Shown one piece after another: positions 57,834 through 64,000 of a DNA stretch of 64,000 bases (the stretch's first letter is position 1; the number at the start of each line of letters is the position of its first letter). Under the pieces are notes generated by a model that did not search any database, had not been told where the DNA came from, and saw only the letters and a list, made by a program, of their open reading frames with translations. Where the stretch lies: contig JBJMOW010000005.1 in assembly GCA_045803545.1 (NCBI GenBank), forward strand, positions 1,376,001 through 1,440,000, given 5' to 3'. A program made the translations under genes and the position numbers. This stretch comes from Gemmatimonadaceae bacterium. Lineage in GTDB: Bacteria; Gemmatimonadota; Gemmatimonadetes; Gemmatimonadales; Gemmatimonadaceae.

Positions 57834-60683
57834 TCATTGCGAAGCGCTGGGCGTTCCAGTCACCGCGACGGTGTACGCAGCCCAGTCGAATGATGAATCG
57901 CTCGCCAGCAGCGCCCGTTGTGATTTTGCCAACGCTTCCGCGGCTGACCTACCAGATCGAAGTTGCGCGTAAAAGCTTGCAGCCATCCTGGCTGCATCTT
58001 CGTCCCCAACCTTCCAGAGCGTGGCGACTACCGTCTCGGCTCCTGCCAGTAGAAAGGCGGTAGCGATCGAGTTGTCGTCTCCACCTACAAATGCATTGTC
58101 GACTCCACTCCCCAGCGCGGTCTCACATCCCGACAGAAAAACGAGAGAACTCCGGATGGTAAGGCCTACAATTTCGTGAACGTGCAAGAAGCCGTCGACC
58201 CCAGGCAGCGGCGAGTTGTGCGCTGCGACCGTGAGCCTGGAAAAGAGTGGACTCTGCGGCTCGTGAATGCCGTGTGCGGCAATGTGTAATGGCCGGCCAC
58301 TCGTTAGTGCAGATCGTACGAGCGGTTCGGTCGAGGCCTCCCCGATCTTGACCTCGACGCCAGGAAGAATACGCGCGATCGCCTTTACCTCCCTCTCGCT
58401 GCCCGGCAATGCAGCGGGTTGCGGCGCGATTGCAAGCAGATCCTGAATCAACGGACCAACCGACTTCGTTGAAGCGACGGCGGCCACCGACGGCAAAGTA
58501 GTGATCGTGTAATCCTCGACGAGAAAGCGATGTGTCTTCGCATTCCACAGCGCTGCAAACGGTAGCGCCGTCAAAGCGGCATGCGGCACGATGACGAGAT
58601 GCCTGATTTCGCTGAGGTCTCCGGCGTCAACGAAACCTCCCAATAATTGCGCGCGCAATTCGCCGAGCGCCTGCAAGGCTGCCGTCCTGGCTCCTCGACG
58701 ATTGATGAGATCGCGCACCGCGCGAACGCGTAGCACCAACTCGGGGCCGGGCGCTTGCACGGCTGCATAATGGATTTGACCTCTGCCTACGAGAAAGGCA
58801 TCGGTGCGATCAGGGCCCGCGACGAAGAGCAATAATGCCTCATCGCCTGATAGCCGTGACTGGATGTCGCTTAGGGAGGGAGCCGTCGCCTGTGCAATTG
58901 CACCGCTTGTCGCATTTCGGCCGAGATATGCGGTGTATTCCGCTTGCACGTTCTGCAGCTGATTCTGCAACGCCAATCGCCGCTGAGTGCTGGAGGAATC
59001 GTTCGCAAGCTCGCTCAGCTCCTGTTCGATCGACGCCGCATGCAACAGCAACCGCTCCCCGGCCGCGTAGCTCGCGATCGCTTTGCTGGGTTCCTCGATT
59101 GTCCCAAGCCGCTCCAGTAGCGAGCGGCCAGGTACAGAGGCGGCTATCCGAAACGCCGCAACGGTGTCTCCGCGCGCCAACTTGATCGCAATTGCGCGAG
59201 AGAAGGGCCCGACACGATCAGCGAGATATCGCGAACGCAGCGGCCCAAGGCCGAGTGACGCGCGTTCCCGCTCCAATGCGCCTAGTGAGCGCGCCGACTC
59301 CCGATCGGCGTCAACCAATCCCCCCAGCTGCTGATATGCTGACGCACGCAGGTCAGGAGTTTGCCAGTCAGTAAGCTCACTGTTGGGCGGCGATCGATCC
59401 AGCGTTGCAAGCGCTCGTCGCGGATCGCTGGCGGCGAGCGCATATCTCGCACTCTCGATCGCTACGTCGTGCGCTATGACGTGGTTGCCCTCCCGAACAG
59501 ATTCCAGTGTTGCCGTATCGATTTGTGCCCGCGCGTCGGCCGCATTCACGCGCGCAATGATTAGCCGATCATAGATCACTTCTGCCACTGACTCGGTTTT
59601 GCGATGCACTGCAAGCGCCAGTCGAGCACGCCTGGCCGCACCTGCGGGGTCACTCAAGGTTTCCAGAATCGAGGCTGTGCGGCGCAGGTTATTCCCGTGC
59701 TCGATCGCCAGACCCAGTTTTTCGTCGAGGCTGTCGGCTGCCGACAAATCGCGCAATGCCAGGCGAAGATCACCTGCCTGCGCATGCAGATCCGACAGGA
59801 CCTCGAGCTCGGCGGCCATTTCCTGCTGTAATCCCTGGTTGCGCGCAATTGAGAGCGCGCTATCCGCCGCAACGATTGCGCGTTGCAAGTCGCCAAGCTC
59901 GCTCCAGGCGGTGGCAAGTTGTCCCAGCGCGTTGGCCTCGCCGGCGACGTATTTGATTTTCGCGTAGCCGTCGCGCGCGCGATCAAGAAGCACCGCCGCG
60001 CTCCTCGGCTCTCCCAGCCGGATGCGCAGCATCGCGAAATTGGCCAGATCGTTGGCCGCGACTTTTTCATCCTTGGCTGCGCGTGCAATCGCCAGTGCCG
60101 CGGGAAAATCGTGCGCGGCGCCGTCGAAGTCTCCGAGGTCGACTTTGACGAGCGGAATATTTGCGGCAGCACGTGCACCATTCGCCAAATCATGGTGCCG
60201 CCGTGCAGCTGTCACTGCCGAATCAAATAGCTCGAGCGCATCACGCGGCCGCCCTTCGTTCCACGCGAGAAGGCCAAGGGCGTTGAACGAGCGAGCCAGC
60301 TCGTCGTCCATCGCCAGGCCGCGTTTCATAGTCAGCGAGCGCTCACCTTCTGTGCGGGCAGTGGAATAGTCGCCGAGGCGCCACGCGGCCAGCCCAATCC
60401 ACATCCGCGCCCTCGCCTCCGCTTTGGCGTCGTGGGCTCGAAGGGCGCGCGCCGCTTCGGCGCGGAATAGCGCCTGGGCGGTGTCGAAGGATTGATCGGA
60501 GTAACGCTCCTGAGCAACAGCGGCGAGTGAGTCCTGTGGAATTGCCAGTGCGTGTGCGAGACGCTCGGGATCCAGCTGCGGGACAGATCGCTTTGCCGGT
60601 TGGACATCGCCGCCGACAACGCCGGTTTCAGCTCGACACGCGAGTGACAGCACAATTGCGGCTACGACGCACAGCGTGCGCAC
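57834..60683 (-). CDS. Lipoprotein TPR-CHAT (caspase-like) protease (triad 2), intact His/Cys dyad
   Basis: GTG start at 60683 overlaps the anti-sigma TAG. VRTLCVVAAIVLSLAC lipobox, TPRs, IVPHAALTALPFAAL, LHIAAHG, LVFLSGCET, ATLWKVGD, DWAAY. Confidence 0.88.
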   Translation of the reverse strand: MRTLCVVAAIVLSLACRAETGVVGGDVQPAKRSVPQLDPERLAHALAIPQDSLAAVAQERYSDQSFDTAQALFRAEAARALRAHDAKAEARARMWIGLAAWRLGDYSTARTEGERSLTMKRGLAMDDELARSFNALGLLAWNEGRPRDALELFDSAVTAARRHHDLANGARAAANIPLVKVDLGDFDGAAHDFPAALAIARAAKDEKVAANDLANFAMLRIRLGEPRSAAVLLDRARDGYAKIKYVAGEANALGQLATAWSELGDLQRAIVAADSALSIARNQGLQQEMAAELEVLSDLHAQAGDLRLALRDLSAADSLDEKLGLAIEHGNNLRRTASILETLSDPAGAARRARLALAVHRKTESVAEVIYDRLIIARVNAADARAQIDTATLESVREGNHVIAHDVAIESARYALAASDPRRALATLDRSPPNSELTDWQTPDLRASAYQQLGGLVDADRESARSLGALERERASLGLGPLRSRYLADRVGPFSRAIAIKLARGDTVAAFRIAASVPGRSLLERLGTIEEPSKAIASYAAGERLLLHAASIEQELSELANDSSSTQRRLALQNQLQNVQAEYTAYLGRNATSGAIAQATAPSLSDIQSRLSGDEALLLFVAGPDRTDAFLVGRGQIHYAAVQAPGPELVLRVRAVRDLINRRGARTAALQALGELRAQLLGGFVDAGDLSEIRHLVIVPHAALTALPFAALWNAKTHRFLVEDYTITTLPSVAAVASTKSVGPLIQDLLAIAPQPAALPGSEREVKAIARILPGVEVKIGEASTEPLVRSALTSGRPLHIAAHGIHEPQSPLFSRLTVAAHNSPLPGVDGFLHVHEIVGLTIRSSLVFLSGCETALGSGVDNAFVGGDDNSIATAFLLAGAETVVATLWKVGDEDAARMAASFYAQLRSGRSAAEALAKSQRALLASDSSFDWAAYTVAVTGTPSASQ

Positions 60684-61240
60684 TAGTTCGTCAGGCGAAA
60701 CTCGTGTGCCCCGGTCGAACGCACACTGCCGTCCGTGGCAATCGCGTCGACGCTCCAGAAATAGCTGGTGCCGCGGTGCAGGACGACGGCCGGCGGCAGA
60801 GTAAGAGTGGTGTCGGCCGGTGATGCAGTCCAAATACTGTGGCCGGCTGCGTCGGTCACTTCCAGCTTGTAAGAGAGGGCTCGTGGCAAAGGAGCCCATG
60901 CAAATCGAAGCACCGTGTGCCCCACATTGCCCACTGGCGCGTACACAGGTATCGCCATGAGATCGGATGATGCGCGTACTCGGTCGGCGTGATCGCGTCT
61001 GAGACTGATCATCCGGGTTCCTGCCAGCGCTACAACCAGCCCGGCCAGCAGCACAATGCTCTTTCTTCCGCGACGCGGCCTGACGGTCTTGAGCAGCTGC
61101 TCGGCATCGACCACGGCCTGGCGGCAGTCCGCGCACTGCGCGATATGGCTCTCGAAGCGTTCTCGTTCTGTCCCGCGGAGTTGATTGTCCAGATAGGCTG
61201 CAATTCTTACATCGTCCATATGCTCTCCACGCTCATTCAT
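60683..61240 (-). CDS. zf-HC2 (ZAS) membrane anti-sigma factor with extracytoplasmic FN3/Ig-like domain (triad 2)
   Basis: HMDDVRIAAYLD...ESHIAQCADCR, TM helix IVLLAGLVVALAG, FAWAPLPRALSYKLEV...YFWSVDA. Start likely ATG 61240. Confidence 0.85.
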   Translation of the reverse strand: MNERGEHMDDVRIAAYLDNQLRGTERERFESHIAQCADCRQAVVDAEQLLKTVRPRRGRKSIVLLAGLVVALAGTRMISLRRDHADRVRASSDLMAIPVYAPVGNVGHTVLRFAWAPLPRALSYKLEVTDAAGHSIWTASPADTTLTLPPAVVLHRGTSYFWSVDAIATDGSVRSTGAHEFRLTN

Positions 61241-61265
61241 GTGGCGAAAGTGCCGTCCCAGGTGA

Positions 61266-61931
61266 TCAACCGTCGACACCTTCGATCCCGCGGGCGATCA
61301 GGTATCGGCGCAGTTTGTCGAGAACCGTCTTGAGCTGTCGATAGATGTGGAACGGCGTGGGCGCATGAAGCAGCCGCGCGATTCTTAGCGCGGAGAGGTC
61401 GTCCTGAAACCGAAGTGCGATGAGCAGACGCTCGCGCGGCTGCAATTTGAGTAACGCCGCCGATAGCGCTCTGTCTCGTTCGCGAATGATTGCAGCGGTG
61501 ACGACGGAAATCGATTCTTCGTCGGCCATGAGATCGACGTCGATGTCAGGCCGCAGGTAATCGGCGAGAGCGCGACGAATACTCCGCAGCGAGTCGGACG
61601 TGTCACCGTTTGCCTTGGGGCGTAGCCGTCCGTAGCGTCCGCGCAGATAGTCCAAACACAGGCGGCGTGCGGTGACGGTCAGCCAGGTGGAAAAACGTAC
61701 GCCGGAGTTCTCGTCGAACGAGCGAAGCCGCCGGAAAGCATCTTCGCGGAGCTTCTCGAGCACGTACGCGTAGCGTTCCATTGTCTCATCGTGACCGCCG
61801 TCAAATGAGCGGGCGATGGCCAATAGCAAGCGAGTGTGGCGCTCGATCAAATCTTCCCAGGCTGCTTCGCGACTGGACGAATCCGCGGCAGTGAGAAGCG
61901 GGCCGAGCTCGAGTGGCACTGCAGCTTCCAT
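61266..61931 (-). CDS. ECF RNA polymerase sigma factor (triad 2)
   Basis: AWEDLIERH...LREDAFRRLRSF...FSTWLTVTARRLCLDYLRGRYGR, LQPRERLLIALRF...IARLL. Closely similar to the 42720 sigma. Confidence 0.88.
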   Translation of the reverse strand: MEAAVPLELGPLLTAADSSSREAAWEDLIERHTRLLLAIARSFDGGHDETMERYAYVLEKLREDAFRRLRSFDENSGVRFSTWLTVTARRLCLDYLRGRYGRLRPKANGDTSDSLRSIRRALADYLRPDIDVDLMADEESISVVTAAIIRERDRALSAALLKLQPRERLLIALRFQDDLSALRIARLLHAPTPFHIYRQLKTVLDKLRRYLIARGIEGVDG

Positions 61932-62000
61932 CCGCAACCCTTGCGGGATTTCCCGACGAATCTATATCTGCCGGGATAATCGTCCAGTCAGAAAAGCGTG

Positions 62001-62024
62001 CGCAAATTCGGAGCGCGTGTCCGT
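62001..62024 (+). promoter_or_regulatory. ECF-type promoter motif copy 5
   Basis: CGCAAA-ttcggagcgcgt-GTCCGT, 36 nt upstream of ATG 62061. Confidence 0.7.
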
Positions 62025-62060
62025 ATAACATGGCTTGAACCCCCGTTTGGAGACCAGCCA

Positions 62061-63332
62061 ATGTTCCGTTATCGATCCGCTGTCAGTGTGCTGACATTTG
62101 CCGTCACGGTGTGGATCGCTGGCTGCTCCGATCCCAGCGGCACTCAATCCGAGCCGGAAATTGGCAGTGTGAGCATGGCGCACGCCGCTGCCCCATCCCC
62201 GGTGGCGATATCGGGAACGGTTCCTTCGGACGGTCTTCAGGCAACCACGCTCGACGTAACTATCAACGGATCGGGTTTCGACAAAGGCGCGACGGCATCG
62301 TTTCCGCTTAACGGCGTAGATGATCCGCGTGTCCACGTCAACAGCACGCGCTACGTCAAATCGACCCAACTGGTTGCGAACGTCACGATCGCGCCCGACG
62401 CGCCGTCGGTCAAATACGACGTTGCCGTTTTAACCGCATCCGGAAAAAAAGGCATCGGCTCTGAACTGTTTACGATAAAGACGCCGCCCGCTGATCCGGC
62501 GATTACTTATCGCACCCAGATCAAACAGGGTTTGAGTCAGTCCTATTTTCTCGCTGTGATGAATGCAGATGGTACAAATCAGACCACCTTTGGAGCGAGC
62601 AGCGACGCGCCCCATCCGGCGTGGTCACCTGATGGTCACAGCATCGCGTACCATACCACTACGTATGACATCAGTCGGGTAGATGTCTCCATTGCGAATG
62701 GGGTTCCGCAGGCCAGTGCGCCGATGTCTCTTCCGATCACGCATCTGGCATTCGACATCGCCTGGGCTCCTGATCCGTCGAACCCGCAGATTGCTTACAG
62801 CGAGAGTCCGGTCAACCTCGGAGATCCGGTCGGTGTCTATCTCATTCCAGTCTCGCCAGTGAGTCCGTTTACCGAGACCCGCATTTATGTCGGGCCTCGC
62901 GACAACAGAATGATCTGGATTGCCTGGAATCCGCAGTCAACGCGTATCGCGCTCATTCAAAGGTCGACAACCGCGATGGTCGATAGTCTGTTGGTGATCG
63001 ACGTCGCGAGCAGGACTGCCGCTTTCCTACGCGAGTTCAAACGCGGCGTGAGCGGACTGAGTTGGTCGCGTACTTCTCCAGACAGGCTGGCGCTCGCCTA
63101 CCCGCGGCCCGACAACACCTTGCAGCCGGCGATCCTGGATCTGAAGACGAACACGCTTTCGAATGCGCCAACTGGTCCAGGCGCAAAGTGGTCGCCGGAT
63201 GACTCGCATCTTGTGTTCGTGTCACCGACGCAGTCCGGTACAAATCCGATCTACACCGTAAACCTGAGCACCGGAATTCAGCAGAGGCTTACGACGGACG
63301 GATTTGAGCCCGAATGGAGAAGAAACCCGTAA
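62061..63332 (+). CDS. TolB-like beta-propeller lipoprotein with an extra IPT/TIG-like domain (paralog 2)
   Basis: Lipobox IAGC, TLDVTINGSGF...QLVANVTI Ig domain, propeller closely matching 56762..57766, ends EPEWRRNP. Confidence 0.85.
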   Translation: MFRYRSAVSVLTFAVTVWIAGCSDPSGTQSEPEIGSVSMAHAAAPSPVAISGTVPSDGLQATTLDVTINGSGFDKGATASFPLNGVDDPRVHVNSTRYVKSTQLVANVTIAPDAPSVKYDVAVLTASGKKGIGSELFTIKTPPADPAITYRTQIKQGLSQSYFLAVMNADGTNQTTFGASSDAPHPAWSPDGHSIAYHTTTYDISRVDVSIANGVPQASAPMSLPITHLAFDIAWAPDPSNPQIAYSESPVNLGDPVGVYLIPVSPVSPFTETRIYVGPRDNRMIWIAWNPQSTRIALIQRSTTAMVDSLLVIDVASRTAAFLREFKRGVSGLSWSRTSPDRLALAYPRPDNTLQPAILDLKTNTLSNAPTGPGAKWSPDDSHLVFVSPTQSGTNPIYTVNLSTGIQQRLTTDGFEPEWRRNP

Positions 63333-63452
63333 GGCGGCATAGACTAGCGCAAATCTGTTGATGCGCCCGGATACGGATAAGTTTCCAAGCTCTGTCGATT
63401 TCGTCGCCTGCCGTTCGACGCTCTAAGTAACCCGGCCATTGGAGAGTTTCAC

Positions 63453-64000
63453 GTGATCCGATTCTTCAGGAGCGGCGTGCTGATAGCGACGCTTGGACTA
63501 CTCCTCATCCCCTCGATTGTGAAAAGTCAGCAAGCTGTTTCTCGCGGCACCGTCCCCATAGGCCATCGCGTTCCTGTGAATGGGATGCAGATGTATTACG
63601 AAGTTTCCGGCGAGGGCGAGCCGCTGATCGTGTTGCACGGCGCGTACATGAACATCCCGGCGATGGGAGCGATCATCCCCGCGCTCGCCAAAACGCATCG
63701 CGTCTACGCGCTGGAGGCCCAGGGTCATGGTCGCACCACGGATATCAACCGTCCGATCACCTACCCGAACCTTGCTGACGACGTCGCAGCGTTCATGAAC
63801 GCGGTCGGTCTGAAAAAGGCCGACGTCCTCGGATATTCGATGGGCGCCGGCACGGGCTTACAACTGGCGATCCGGCACCCCGACAAAGTGAACAAGCTCG
63901 TCGCCGCATCGGTCGCTTACGACAGTTCCGGTCTCCAGCCTGAGTTCAAAGCGATGATCCCGCAGATGACAGTGGAAATGTTCCTCCACATGCCGTTCGC
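63453..64000 (+). CDS. Alpha/beta hydrolase, secreted (partial, runs off the right edge)
   Basis: Manual translation from GTG 63453: signal peptide, VNGMQMYYEVSGEGEPLIVLHG, QGHGRT, nucleophile elbow GYSMG. Confidence 0.85.
   Translation, partial: MIRFFRSGVLIATLGLLLIPSIVKSQQAVSRGTVPIGHRVPVNGMQMYYEVSGEGEPLIVLHGAYMNIPAMGAIIPALAKTHRVYALEAQGHGRTTDINRPITYPNLADDVAAFMNAVGLKKADVLGYSMGAGTGLQLAIRHPDKVNKLVAASVAYDSSGLQPEFKAMIPQMTVEMFLHMPF

Noticed and set aside
60684..61136. 151-aa N-terminal extension of CHAT2 in the ORF track
   Set aside because: Overlaps the anti-sigma gene in another frame. The GTG at 60683 gives a coupled start followed by a lipoprotein signal.
42720..61931. Type III-E CRISPR (Craspase) locus suggested by TPR-CHAT plus an RpoE-like sigma
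   Set aside because: No Cas7-11, other cas gene or repeat-spacer array is visible, and the CHAT proteins carry export signals.
63348..63371. Sixth copy of the ECF motif upstream of the alpha/beta hydrolase
   Set aside because: CGCAAA is present, but the hexamer 12 nt later is CCCGGA, not GTCCGT. Isolated CGCAAA near 190, 38363 and 41310 fail the same way.
38300..63450. Mobile genomic island boundaries around the ECF-CHAT region
   Set aside because: I found no integrase, transposase, tRNA or flanking direct repeat, and I cannot quantify a compositional shift by eye.

Overview
GC-rich bacterial window. The SusC/SusD pair, Ig-rich lipoproteins and LGRGGMATVY-type Ser/Thr kinase suggest Gemmatimonadota, but that is inference only. 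Left part (1-38 kb): a PUL-like locus (sodium:solute symporter start, LacI, SusC, SusD, GH43), a CPA1 antiporter, a lone type IV pilin, several secreted hydrolases and peptidases, a TonB receptor with ggt, a LytS/LytTR pair divergent from a MacA/MacB-like pair lacking an ATPase, a PQQ dehydrogenase and a Ser/Thr kinase. Right part (38.5-63.3 kb), the most interesting: two homologous, oppositely oriented triads of ECF sigma, membrane zf-HC2 anti-sigma and signal-peptide-bearing TPR-CHAT (caspase-like) protease. They sit among exported beta-propeller, Ig and FN3 lipoproteins. Five copies of a bipartite ECF-like motif, CGCAA(A/G)-N12-GTCCGT, lie directly upstream of these target transcription units. 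One CHAT has its catalytic His replaced by Asn. Tracts of the heptamer CTTCCCG/CGGGAAG are also embedded in several coding regions. I saw no rRNA, tRNA, CRISPR array or transposase/integrase.
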